This document shows, piece by piece, positions 8,621 to 18,150 of a stretch of 40,885 nucleotides of DNA. Origin of the DNA: a virus (lineage: Duplodnaviria; Caudoviricetes); the IMG/VR virus record IMGVR_UViG_3300037262_000043, positions 1-40,885 of that record, one strand, 5' to 3'. Position 1 is the first letter of the stretch; each line of letters begins with the position of its first letter. The notes below the pieces were generated by a model. It saw nothing but the letters and a program-made list of their open reading frames with translations. It made no database searches and was not told where the DNA came from. Both the position numbers and the translations under genes were made by a program.

Positions 8621-9301
8621 ATGGCAGACAACACCGAAGATATCAATGGACCTAGCCCCGACTCACAAGCAGCGCAGGCAAGTTTCCTTTCCCAAATAGC
8701 CCAGACAGCACAGGCAAAACAGCAGCATGTGGTTCACATCCCCGCAGTAGAAAAGTCGGCAGTGGAGAAGCTCGCGGAAATAGAACTCGCGATCAAGATC
8801 CAGGAGCTTGAGAACAAAAAGCTCGAAGCCGAAGAGCGCAAGCTGAACATGCGTGACATCCAGAAGCGACTCGATCTGAGCAAGCTGAAGGAAGAGGATC
8901 ACGGACAGTCCGCGCGCACCAAGGGACAAGCAATCGAACAGATCAAGTCCGGACGCAGAGCACACCAGAGCAAGTGCAACCACAAGAAGGGTGGCAACGG
9001 CGCTCAGGGTCTTTTGAATGGTCAGGGCGACGACTCGCAGTATGCAATAATCAAGCACACCTTTCCGCATGGCGACACGTGGGTCATCTGCCTACGCTGT
9101 AAGAAGACGTGGAAGCCGCCCGTGCGCTCCAAGTTCCCCCCAGGCGACGAGGGCTCTGCTCTCTACCTCGGCAAGGTTGCGGAGTATCAGGCAGCTCTCA
9201 ACTTCCAAACGAGAAACTCTCCTTCGGGCAGTGTGATGTTCAAGTTCTCAGACAATGGCGAGTACATGCGCAAGGTCATGGAGAACACTCTAAGCGACTA
9301 A
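8621..9301 (+). CDS. Coiled-coil protein with C-terminal Cys/His (putative Zn-binding) domain, paralog B
   Basis: SD AGGAGG; motif CNHKKGG...KHTF...CLRCKKTWKP...ALNFQTRN..S.S.MFKFSDNG. Confidence 0.75.
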   Translation: MADNTEDINGPSPDSQAAQASFLSQIAQTAQAKQQHVVHIPAVEKSAVEKLAEIELAIKIQELENKKLEAEERKLNMRDIQKRLDLSKLKEEDHGQSARTKGQAIEQIKSGRRAHQSKCNHKKGGNGAQGLLNGQGDDSQYAIIKHTFPHGDTWVICLRCKKTWKPPVRSKFPPGDEGSALYLGKVAEYQAALNFQTRNSPSGSVMFKFSDNGEYMRKVMENTLSD

Positions 9302-9319
9302 TCAGCACTAAGGAGAAAC

Positions 9320-10447
9320 ATGGCAGGAAATTCCACAATCCAACTACTTGAGGTCGTGGACGATGCGTCGTCGCTCGGCGACGTAGCGCCTGCACTAGCT
9401 ACGGGAGGTCTCTCGACCTCCCCAGCAATCTCTATCGCGAACGACGTGATGCAAGCAATGGTCAACGGCGGCGCGCAGGGACAGCCTTTCAACTTCAAAT
9501 GGAACCGCGTGAACGATCCCTCGTTCGCTCTCATCTCCTACCAACAGGACTACTTCATCCCAGGACTCAATAGCCTCGGCTGGCTCGAAAGCTGCTGGGC
9601 ATCCCAGATCAACCAGACGTCCATCCCGAAACAGATCATGCAGGTCGAAGTCCACAAGGATCTCGCCGTCACGTATGATCAGACCGGATACGTCGCGAAG
9701 ATCTGCTGGGAACAGAATGATCTCATGAGCGCAGGTACGTGGGGAGCATCCCCTCTAGGCCCGACCGCAGGAAATCTGCAGGGACAGACCAATGTGGTTG
9801 GCGTCAACCCTACCGGCTTTCAGAACCCAGGCCCAGGCGTGATCTACACGAATCCTCTCGGCACAATTCAGACTCCAATCAATGCAACAACCGCAATCAA
9901 GGACCCGAACGGAAACCTATGGTGTCTTACGACTTTTGGGACCTGTGGAGTGACGCAGCCCTCATGGCCTACCAATCCGACATATCCAGTATTTGGGCAA
10001 GTCCCTCAGGCAACAGCGACTACCGTGACCGATGGGACATGCGTGTGGACCGCCATAAACCCGAAGGGACAAGGTTTCAGAATCAGCCCAATCCCGTCCC
10101 AGACTGGTGTGACATGGCTAATTCAGCCAGTCGGGCAGATGAGAGCAGTACGCTTTAAGAATTTGCAACAGTATCTGGAACCTATACCAGACGATTACGA
10201 ATGGGCATTCAAGCAGGGATTCTTCTGCGAATGCTACCGCCGCAACCCAGACCCAAAGGTCAGAGCCAAATATCCTGCTGAAAAGCAGATGTGGCTCGAA
10301 TCGTTGGAGAAGGCAGTCGCTCAGGGCGACCGTCAGATGGATGACGTCGGCTTCTACCCAGGCACAAACATCATGGACACCGGATGCGGCATCAGCGTCA
10401 ATACTCCTGCCAATCCTTATGGACCATGGTCTAGTTACGGCAACTAA
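9320..10447 (+). CDS. Putative head-tail adaptor / tail tubular A-like protein, paralog 1
   Basis: SD AAGGAG; F.FKWNR, QQDY, LGWLE, FRISPIP and PIPDDYE motifs shared with 15278..16351; inserted G..QPSW...TDGTCVW module. Confidence 0.55.
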   Translation: MAGNSTIQLLEVVDDASSLGDVAPALATGGLSTSPAISIANDVMQAMVNGGAQGQPFNFKWNRVNDPSFALISYQQDYFIPGLNSLGWLESCWASQINQTSIPKQIMQVEVHKDLAVTYDQTGYVAKICWEQNDLMSAGTWGASPLGPTAGNLQGQTNVVGVNPTGFQNPGPGVIYTNPLGTIQTPINATTAIKDPNGNLWCLTTFGTCGVTQPSWPTNPTYPVFGQVPQATATTVTDGTCVWTAINPKGQGFRISPIPSQTGVTWLIQPVGQMRAVRFKNLQQYLEPIPDDYEWAFKQGFFCECYRRNPDPKVRAKYPAEKQMWLESLEKAVAQGDRQMDDVGFYPGTNIMDTGCGISVNTPANPYGPWSSYGN

Positions 10448-10457
10448 GGAGATCCTC

Positions 10458-10841
10458 GTGATCCTAGAAGCAATCCTGTTCGTATCTCTGTTCCACCACA
10501 AACCGAAACCGAAGACGCAGCCGCTCACGTGCCCCGATGGACAGGTGACCGTACTCTCACAGGGAGGCAGGGCGTGCTCTGCCCCGCAGGACTCACCCGA
10601 GATGCTAGACGACAAAGCGTTCGTCGTGCACACCGAAGACGTACTCATTCCGCTGTTCTTGAAAGACGAGAAGCATGCGTACTGGGAACGAGCAGAGATC
10701 GCGACAGTGCAGGCCGACTGCGCCATGGCCCACGCGGCCAAGACTGAGAAGGACTTCTACGCGGCGTCAGACAAGCTCATCACCGACGTAGGCATCCTGG
10801 TCGTCCTGGACGACATGCTGATGAACGACATTTACATTTAG
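10458..10841 (+). CDS. Hypothetical protein with short hydrophobic N-terminus (127 aa)
   Basis: GTG at 10458 after SD AAGGAG (in frame with the 10341 ORF); begins MILEAILFVSLF. Confidence 0.6.
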   Translation: MILEAILFVSLFHHKPKPKTQPLTCPDGQVTVLSQGGRACSAPQDSPEMLDDKAFVVHTEDVLIPLFLKDEKHAYWERAEIATVQADCAMAHAAKTEKDFYAASDKLITDVGILVVLDDMLMNDIYI

Positions 10842-10848
10842 AGGAATC

Positions 10849-13800
10849 ATGTTCAAAAAGACAGCCGTAGCACTCATCCTATTCTTGGCTTCCCTCGCCG
10901 CATGTTTCGGGCAAGGCGGTCGCGTGCCAACGACTGGCAGCAACAACGTTTGGACGGGGAACAACTCGTTCCTGTATCACAGCTTTGTCCTGAACCAGGG
11001 TAACTCCTGCGGCGGCGGACAGGCTATGGTCGGATACCAGTCTGACTTTACTCCCATCTGCGCAGCGTTCGCAGGCGGCGTAGGCACAGTGAACGGTCTG
11101 ACCGGCAACGTAATCATCACCAACGGCGACAGCAACCTGTCGGTATCGGAGAGCGGAAACAACATCGAGATCTTCTGCCCAGGCTGCTCAAGCGGCGGCG
11201 GCGGAAACCCAGGGGGCTCGCCAGGGGCGGTCCAGTATCAGCTAGACAGCACCCACTTCGGCGGCGTCAACATCACCGGACTTGTGTTCGCACAGGGATC
11301 TTCAGCCCCACGTCAGGCAGTAGCAGGAACCGACTATCAGACTCCAATCTCCCTATCGTGCCCGAACCCAGGTATCACATGCCCGTTCGCAGGCAGCACG
11401 TACACCATCACCCTAACCGGATCGGCTGGCACAGGAGACGTGGCTGCAGGCATCAACGGACAGCTTGGCGGATATCTCGGCGCTGGAACTACGATCAGCG
11501 GCTACCCAAACCTTTACGCCCTCAATCCGAACTGGAATGTAAACCAGATGACCGGGTTGTTTTCTCGCTTCAACGGCGCGGTGATCACCTCGTACTCTAT
11601 CACCAGCGATGTGGTAACTTTTCAGTCGGTCAACGCCTACAATGCAGGTGACGTAGCGGTCCTGTTTAACTTTCCGACATCTACCTTTTTCAACAACAAC
11701 TATGTCACGGTTCTTTCCACGGGTCTAAGCAATACTCAGTTTGAGGTGGCTTTCACTCACGCAAACGCATCAGCTACAGAAACAGGCATTGCCTCCTTCA
11801 ACGTCCCTCAGCAGACTCCTACGACCCAAGGAACCATTGTCATTCCCAACGGCATACCTATAAACTATGCGGCTTCGGCATTCGGCACTGGCGTTAACTG
11901 GGAAGGATCGCAGGCGAATGCAATCGACACCCGCAAAGCAGCATGGAACCAGCAGGCCAGTTCGTACGGCGTAGTGTGTTCTCCTCCTAACAACGAACTG
12001 TACTTGACCTTCGCGCAAGGCGACACCCAGGTTAATGTGGGAGCAAGTTTCGCCAGCGCTGCAGAAGTTACAGGCATGACCATGGTTGTCGGTCAGCAGG
12101 TCAGCTTTGGTAACACAGGCACGCAAAATGTCTGGACACCAACGGTCACGGGGTATACTTTTCCGTACTTGACCCTAAGCTCTGCCGCACCGTTCGCATA
12201 CACAGGCTACGTACAGTTCGGCGTCAACAACCAAGCTGCTCTGCAGCGCGCCATCAATGACGTTGGCGGAAACATTCCTCTATGGCTACCAGCCTGCGGC
12301 ATGCTGACAGACACCCTTCGCTGGAACGGTGCCAGTTTGCTCGGAATGGCATTCTCAGGAACATACTTAGGTGGCTTTCCAGGACACGACGTTCTGCAGC
12401 AGCAGACGGCTGTGCCCATTGTCGGATGGTCGATCAATGCTTCTACAGGTGTGACGACATTCACAACCACACCAGCAGCAGCGCACACCATTCTTCCCGC
12501 GTCTTTGTACCCAGTGACCAGCGGAGTAGGTGGAGACGAAATTGTACTGAGCTACTTCCCAATCTCGACATTCTTCAACGGAAGCACTGTTGAGATTATG
12601 ACCCAACCAACTCCGACGACCTTCACGGTCAACTCGGCCTTCGGGCAGAGCACATCCTCAGGAACGGAGAGAGGCGCAGGATTGCCAACAACCAGCGCAG
12701 GTGTCAATGGTCTTCGCGTCAGTAACTTGGCAATCTCTGCCAGCGACTCCATCGACCCTTCGTACGCGTGGAACTCTTACGACGCGAACGCGACGCTAAC
12801 CGTAGAACCGCCCTATGCCCGTCCTTTACTTGGACAGAGCGAGCAGATGAACAACCCGCTCGCGCCGGGCTGGGGATCAGGCACAGTAAATGGCGTGTCA
12901 ACAATTGCACAAAACTCAGCAGTGGTCTGCACCTCGACTACCGCAATCGGAGGCTACACCCCGCGCGTCCCTGCAGTGGGAAGCACCATTGTGTTTCCTT
13001 ACCAAACAGGAGGACTCGTTTCCCGCACGGTCAGCTCAACGGCAGGATCTTGCGCCAGCGGATACACTCCGGTCACCCTTAGCTCCGCACTGCCGAACAC
13101 CTCAGGTTACACGGGGACTCAGCAGGAGTGGTTCACCTACACGACACCGCAGACACTCGCAGTGGCGATGCCGGGGACAGTCTCTCTGCCTTACACGATC
13201 ACACTTGCAGTTCCGTTCCCTCCAATACCTGGGTACGAAAGCAACGTGTCATCTCACGGACGCGTAGAAATTGGAAACCAGGAATGGGATTACACAGGAG
13301 TTTCTTTCGGCGGAACCGCTGGAGGCGTCCCAGAGATCACGCTGCGCAACGGACCAACCACCGTCAATGGCGGATCTGGCTGGAGCGTAGGATCAGTCGT
13401 ATTCCCAGTAAATCCGTGCCAAGCGACCTACACCAGCCCGTGGCCAGTAGTGCCGACAACAAACAGTGTCGGTATCTCCTCGTGGGTCATCTCAAGCAAC
13501 GTCATCACCGCGCAAGCAGTGAACAGCTTTGTTGCAGGACAGATCGGAACGTTCTTGAATCAGCAGGGATATCCCTCCTTAACGGGGACGATTCTTTCTT
13601 CTGGTCTATCCGGAACGCAGTTTGAAGTTGCACTCACAGCAGCCAATTCCTCGGGATCTCTTGGAACCTACACATCGTTCGATGGTGGTCCAACACCCGC
13701 TGGTGCTACCTACTACGGCGGCATTTGCGGGGGAGATGCTGGCATCTCATTCCCAAGCGTGGACGGAAGATACACGGCCTTCAATGGCAGCGGCCTCTCC

Positions 13801-15267
13801 CTTGCGCACCTAGACAACATAGACTTACAGGATTCCACAGGCAACGCTTTGGGCAACCAGAACGGCAACGGCGTGCTCGGAATTTATGAGCAGGGAAATA
13901 ACACTGGGTACGGCAACACATTCGACAACCTACGTGGAGACGGAGTCGAGGGCGGCTTTATGCAAGGCCCCGCGTCCTTTAACCAGTACGGTGTCGCCGC
14001 TGTCGGACCAACCAGTACAGGGCAGTCGATTAACAACAGCACGTGGCGCACTGGCTATTCGATATCAACCATCGAGATGCAGCAGAGCAAGATCAACCGT
14101 CTAGATTCGTACTCGTCATCTACAAGTCAGTATGACGGAACGGTCAACGGCGCATCCATGGATCTGTCCTTCCTCGGAACACTGAATGAAGAGACGGGCG
14201 GCGGCGTAACAGGATGCGGTCAGTTTACGGTCGAGGATTACAATGGCGAACCGGAGAATGGCAACCATGAGGAATTCCCGCCATCGGTAGAGTCGGACTG
14301 TAGCAATGCAACGTGGAGTGGGACAATTTTCGAAGGTGGATTCAACATCTTCGGCGGTTCATTCCAAATCATCCACGGAACACAGATGGCAGTGCCGATA
14401 TTCAACTACGGCAGCAATAACTACTTCGAGCATCTATACGGAGTGGAGAACACTTACAACGCGAACAACGTGTACAACGGCACCAGTCAGTTCTATAACT
14501 GGGGCAACTTCAGCACGGCGCAGTGCCAGACTGGATCGTTCGGACCGCAGCAAAACTGCAGCCCCGGTACAGTCCAGAGCTATGACGGTCATGATATCTG
14601 GGCATCTATGATGGGCAACAACATCCACCCATCTGAGAATGTTCTAGGCGGCATGATTGTTCCAGGAGAATGGGCATACTCAGGAATGGCGCAGGTTGCT
14701 GATCCTACCGAATTGTGGTGGGGACAGCACTCAGAGTGTCCTATCGGACCTGCCAACGAGTGCATCAGTACTCAGTGGGATGGCTTCGGCGGATACATTT
14801 ACGTCGGACCGCACAAGCGTATTGCCGACACACAGTATGTGCTGAAGGCAAACATAAAGCTGAAGAACTCAGGAACCGCAACGTTCCGTCTCATGTTCTC
14901 AGTGCAGGACCCTGGCTCAGGAACTTGCGCAAGTCCTAACTACGCTCTCGACCCTGTAAACTTCTCGGTCACAAGCTCTGGATGGACAGCCATTCAGGCT
15001 CCTGTAGATTTTACGGGATACCCAGGATGCACAATGGGAGTGCAGATAGACTCAGGCTCAACCACCAACGTGCTAGAGGTTGGATACTTTAACTTTGTAC
15101 CATTCCCCGGTCAGGCGTACATGCCACTGGGCACACCAACTCTGGGAGCAGCTTGCCCAGTCGCAGGCGAGTTCCAGATGGACACAGGATACATGTGGCT
15201 ATGCCGACCAGCATCCGGCCACGCATTCGGAGCAGGTACTTGGGGACAAGTAGCAATCACACCGTAA
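10849..15267 (+). CDS. Large fibre/spike- or adhesin-like protein with N-terminal signal peptide (1472 aa)
   Basis: MFKKTAVALILFLASLAACFGQ signal-like N-terminus; V.TVNGLTGNV and PGG..GAVQY fibre motifs; NN.AALQRAIND beta-helix-like start; G/S/T/N-rich. Confidence 0.7.
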   Translation: MFKKTAVALILFLASLAACFGQGGRVPTTGSNNVWTGNNSFLYHSFVLNQGNSCGGGQAMVGYQSDFTPICAAFAGGVGTVNGLTGNVIITNGDSNLSVSESGNNIEIFCPGCSSGGGGNPGGSPGAVQYQLDSTHFGGVNITGLVFAQGSSAPRQAVAGTDYQTPISLSCPNPGITCPFAGSTYTITLTGSAGTGDVAAGINGQLGGYLGAGTTISGYPNLYALNPNWNVNQMTGLFSRFNGAVITSYSITSDVVTFQSVNAYNAGDVAVLFNFPTSTFFNNNYVTVLSTGLSNTQFEVAFTHANASATETGIASFNVPQQTPTTQGTIVIPNGIPINYAASAFGTGVNWEGSQANAIDTRKAAWNQQASSYGVVCSPPNNELYLTFAQGDTQVNVGASFASAAEVTGMTMVVGQQVSFGNTGTQNVWTPTVTGYTFPYLTLSSAAPFAYTGYVQFGVNNQAALQRAINDVGGNIPLWLPACGMLTDTLRWNGASLLGMAFSGTYLGGFPGHDVLQQQTAVPIVGWSINASTGVTTFTTTPAAAHTILPASLYPVTSGVGGDEIVLSYFPISTFFNGSTVEIMTQPTPTTFTVNSAFGQSTSSGTERGAGLPTTSAGVNGLRVSNLAISASDSIDPSYAWNSYDANATLTVEPPYARPLLGQSEQMNNPLAPGWGSGTVNGVSTIAQNSAVVCTSTTAIGGYTPRVPAVGSTIVFPYQTGGLVSRTVSSTAGSCASGYTPVTLSSALPNTSGYTGTQQEWFTYTTPQTLAVAMPGTVSLPYTITLAVPFPPIPGYESNVSSHGRVEIGNQEWDYTGVSFGGTAGGVPEITLRNGPTTVNGGSGWSVGSVVFPVNPCQATYTSPWPVVPTTNSVGISSWVISSNVITAQAVNSFVAGQIGTFLNQQGYPSLTGTILSSGLSGTQFEVALTAANSSGSLGTYTSFDGGPTPAGATYYGGICGGDAGISFPSVDGRYTAFNGSGLSLAHLDNIDLQDSTGNALGNQNGNGVLGIYEQGNNTGYGNTFDNLRGDGVEGGFMQGPASFNQYGVAAVGPTSTGQSINNSTWRTGYSISTIEMQQSKINRLDSYSSSTSQYDGTVNGASMDLSFLGTLNEETGGGVTGCGQFTVEDYNGEPENGNHEEFPPSVESDCSNATWSGTIFEGGFNIFGGSFQIIHGTQMAVPIFNYGSNNYFEHLYGVENTYNANNVYNGTSQFYNWGNFSTAQCQTGSFGPQQNCSPGTVQSYDGHDIWASMMGNNIHPSENVLGGMIVPGEWAYSGMAQVADPTELWWGQHSECPIGPANECISTQWDGFGGYIYVGPHKRIADTQYVLKANIKLKNSGTATFRLMFSVQDPGSGTCASPNYALDPVNFSVTSSGWTAIQAPVDFTGYPGCTMGVQIDSGSTTNVLEVGYFNFVPFPGQAYMPLGTPTLGAACPVAGEFQMDTGYMWLCRPASGHAFGAGTWGQVAITP

Positions 15268-15277
15268 AGGAAAAACA

Positions 15278-16351
15278 ATGTCGTCATTTCCAACAAAGAT
15301 CGGCATGTACGATCCACTAGGGGCTTTTTTCCTGGTGAGCCTAGAAGATGGCGGGATCGGTTTCGATATCACTCCCGCCTCCCCTCCTACGCCGCCGCCT
15401 AATCCCCCAGTGGTGGATACGGCGGCTATCACACTCACCTTGGCCCAAACAGTCGAATGGGCCAAGCGCTTCATCGGAAACAGATCTACAGCAATCGGAA
15501 ACGGACTGCAGCCTGCGATCAAGAACGCTAACATCATTTTGCAGACTATCCTCGGCGCACCTTTCGCGTGGAGATGGAACAGAATCCAGACCGGATTCAT
15601 TTGCGCAGCTGGCGTGCAGGACTACTATCTTTTCAACTGGACTCCACAAACTCCAGTTGCTGTCGGCTACCTCACAGTAGACGCGTACGGAAACAGCCAG
15701 CAGGTACTCGTAGCCGGAACGACAGGCACGAGCACGCCCTCTTGGAATGACACACAGGGCGGAACCACGCCGGACGGAACAGGATCTAGCACGGCGACGT
15801 GGATCAACCTGGGCAACCTGAACGTAAACACCTCGATCAACTATAGCTTCGGCTGGATCGAAGGCGCGGCGGTCTACAACCCGAACGGAGCCAACGGCTC
15901 TTACTTCTGGGAAGTTAGTCCGAAACTGTGGCTGTCACAAACATCAGAACTATCGCGACCACGAAACGTGTCAGCGCAGCTCGACAACGGAAGCGGCAAT
16001 ATTACCTTCCGTCTCACACCGGTACCGGACTCGGCGTATCCAGTCATCTTGACCATCCAGCAAAAGCCTGGACTGTTCACAAAACTCGGCCAGACATGGT
16101 CCCCAATCCCAGACGAGTACTCTCGTCTGTACGATCTCGGATTCCTTGCTCTGTTGCTTCTGTACGCAGATGATCCTCGCTTCGTGGCAATCAACCAGCA
16201 GTTCGTTGCCCAGATGCTAGGCGCGAACGAAGGATTGACCGAAACACAGAAGAACATCTTCTTGAACAACTGGAGCGCAGTCACCGGACAGCCAATCTAC
16301 AATCAGGCAGCAACGAACCAAGGATTCCAGGCACGTCAGACAGGGGGGTAA
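15278..16351 (+). CDS. Putative head-tail adaptor / tail tubular A-like protein, paralog 2
   Basis: FAWRWNR, QDYY, FGWIE, FRLTPVPD and PIPDEYS motifs parallel those of 9320..10447. Confidence 0.55.
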   Translation: MSSFPTKIGMYDPLGAFFLVSLEDGGIGFDITPASPPTPPPNPPVVDTAAITLTLAQTVEWAKRFIGNRSTAIGNGLQPAIKNANIILQTILGAPFAWRWNRIQTGFICAAGVQDYYLFNWTPQTPVAVGYLTVDAYGNSQQVLVAGTTGTSTPSWNDTQGGTTPDGTGSSTATWINLGNLNVNTSINYSFGWIEGAAVYNPNGANGSYFWEVSPKLWLSQTSELSRPRNVSAQLDNGSGNITFRLTPVPDSAYPVILTIQQKPGLFTKLGQTWSPIPDEYSRLYDLGFLALLLLYADDPRFVAINQQFVAQMLGANEGLTETQKNIFLNNWSAVTGQPIYNQAATNQGFQARQTGG

Positions 16352-16693
16352 ATGGCACTAAGCCCAATTTCACAAACTCTGTTCTCCCTGCCCAACGGTG
16401 CTCCTGTTGCTAACGGACGAGTGATCATGCACCTCAACAAGGACTGCATGTCACCTGCCGGACAGGTAGGACAGAAGATCAAAATCACTGTCCAGCTGGA
16501 TGAAAACGGGGTGCCGATAGACGGTCCCCTATTCTGGCCCAACAATGAGCTGACACCTTCGGACTCAGTCTACATCATGACGGTAGAGAACGACGCGTGG
16601 CTTGTAATCTGCGGACCTATCCCGGTCTACGTCGGACCGTCGTCAGTAAGCACAGGATTTGGATCTGCCTTCGGCGGATCGTTTGGATCGTAA
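16352..16693 (+). CDS. Small virion protein, paralog of 17755..18141
   Basis: Shared pattern L..D...LDENG.P....WPN..L..D..Y......L..GP. Confidence 0.6.
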   Translation: MALSPISQTLFSLPNGAPVANGRVIMHLNKDCMSPAGQVGQKIKITVQLDENGVPIDGPLFWPNNELTPSDSVYIMTVENDAWLVICGPIPVYVGPSSVSTGFGSAFGGSFGS

Positions 16694-16701
16694 GGAGAAA
16701 C

Positions 16702-17745
16702 ATGGGAACGGCAACAATTTCATACGGACCTAATCTACGTCTGATCAACAACGCGGCGATCAATCAGGTCTACGTCAATCAGCTTCGCCAATTCTTACAG
16801 GCGATGGACCAGCTGATCATGGGCAGCGTGATCAACGCCACCACGGTTGTCCCTCCTTCGAGCCCCAGCAACGGAGACGCGTACCTCCTGTCCAATACCC
16901 CCTCGGGTGCATGGACCGGGTATCAGTACTGCATCGCGGTCTGGACAACACAGGCGACAAACGCAGGAACCAACACTCTAAACCCGGCGTGGGTTTTCTA
17001 CGGACCACAGACGGGATGGATCATCTGGAACAAGGCACTTGCATCTCTGATGGTAAACAACGGAGCGGCTTGGGTGCCCCTAGCAGGTGGCGCTAACTTC
17101 CCGACCAACACGGACATCACCAGCATGACGGGGATTCCGAACACGACATTCAACAGCACCGGCTATGCATACAACGACGGAACTCTGCCCCCAACTTATA
17201 TCGGCGATGCAGCGAACACAGCCTACGGCGCAGGCACGGACGGTAACGGATTCTTTTGGGGCACAGGCACGTGGGCATCCCCAACCACCAACGGATCAGT
17301 GATCGTCGGACTAGGTCCTTGGACAGGACTAGATGCAAGCGGCGTCGGAGTAGGCGTTGGCAGCCTAAGCGGCGCGACCGTAATGGTCGCCGAAGGTCTA
17401 CAGACCACAGGCGGCGTAACCGCCAACGCCATGGAATGTCTCGGACAGATGCAGGTGCCCACAGGTCCTTTCCAGTGCAACGTGTTTGAAGGATACGGCA
17501 CAACCGCCAACACAGTCATCAGCTTCACTACGCAGGCAGCGTGCACAACCGTTCCCGCTTACGAGTGGGTCGGAGGAGGATCAGGCAGCCCAGGAGCCAA
17601 CGCCATGGGAGTCTCCAGCTATGGACTGCAAACTACAGTAGGAGCGGCAGGATCGGCTAGCACGCTTCCAGTAGCACCTACAGGATATCTTCCGTTTTGG
17701 GTTAATGGGACGTTGATGGTAATCCCGTACTATGCTCACGCCTAA
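16702..17745 (+). CDS. Tail-fibre-like protein with DUF2793-like N-terminal domain
   Basis: ATG 16702 after SD AAGGAG; PPSSPSNGDAYLL...GAWTG....IAVW...W.FY.P..GW pattern typical of DUF2793; Gly-rich C-terminus. Confidence 0.65.
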   Translation: MGTATISYGPNLRLINNAAINQVYVNQLRQFLQAMDQLIMGSVINATTVVPPSSPSNGDAYLLSNTPSGAWTGYQYCIAVWTTQATNAGTNTLNPAWVFYGPQTGWIIWNKALASLMVNNGAAWVPLAGGANFPTNTDITSMTGIPNTTFNSTGYAYNDGTLPPTYIGDAANTAYGAGTDGNGFFWGTGTWASPTTNGSVIVGLGPWTGLDASGVGVGVGSLSGATVMVAEGLQTTGGVTANAMECLGQMQVPTGPFQCNVFEGYGTTANTVISFTTQAACTTVPAYEWVGGGSGSPGANAMGVSSYGLQTTVGAAGSASTLPVAPTGYLPFWVNGTLMVIPYYAHA

Positions 17746-17754
17746 GGAGATTGA

Positions 17755-18141
17755 ATGACGGCAACCAACACAATCACAGGCGGCGGGTTCCAGGACAGCG
17801 GAGGGAACGCACTGTCTGGTGGAGCCCTGATACTACAGCTCAGCCACGATGCATACGCGGATGACACCTACGAAACAATCATCTGCGGAGTCGGCAACGA
17901 CAACCAGGATTTCTTCGTGTCTTACATCCTGGACGAAAATGGAAACGTACCGTCCGGCTCCCAGGCGTGGCCCAACGATCTGATCCTAGACGTGTGGACC
18001 CTGCTGCCGGACACGTACTACATCGCATCAGCCTACACAGCGGCAGGACAGCTGGCATGGGGACCGAACGCAGTCTACATCCTCAGCTCGCCGAGCCCGT
18101 ACAACATCGGCACTGAGTGGAACTTGACGAACCCAGCATAA
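17755..18141 (+). CDS. Small virion protein, paralog of 16352..16693
   Basis: SD AAGGAG; ITGGGFQDSGGN.L..G.L...LDENGNVP...WPND...DTYY...WGP. Confidence 0.6.
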   Translation: MTATNTITGGGFQDSGGNALSGGALILQLSHDAYADDTYETIICGVGNDNQDFFVSYILDENGNVPSGSQAWPNDLILDVWTLLPDTYYIASAYTAAGQLAWGPNAVYILSSPSPYNIGTEWNLTNPA

Positions 18142-18150
18142 AGGAATGAC

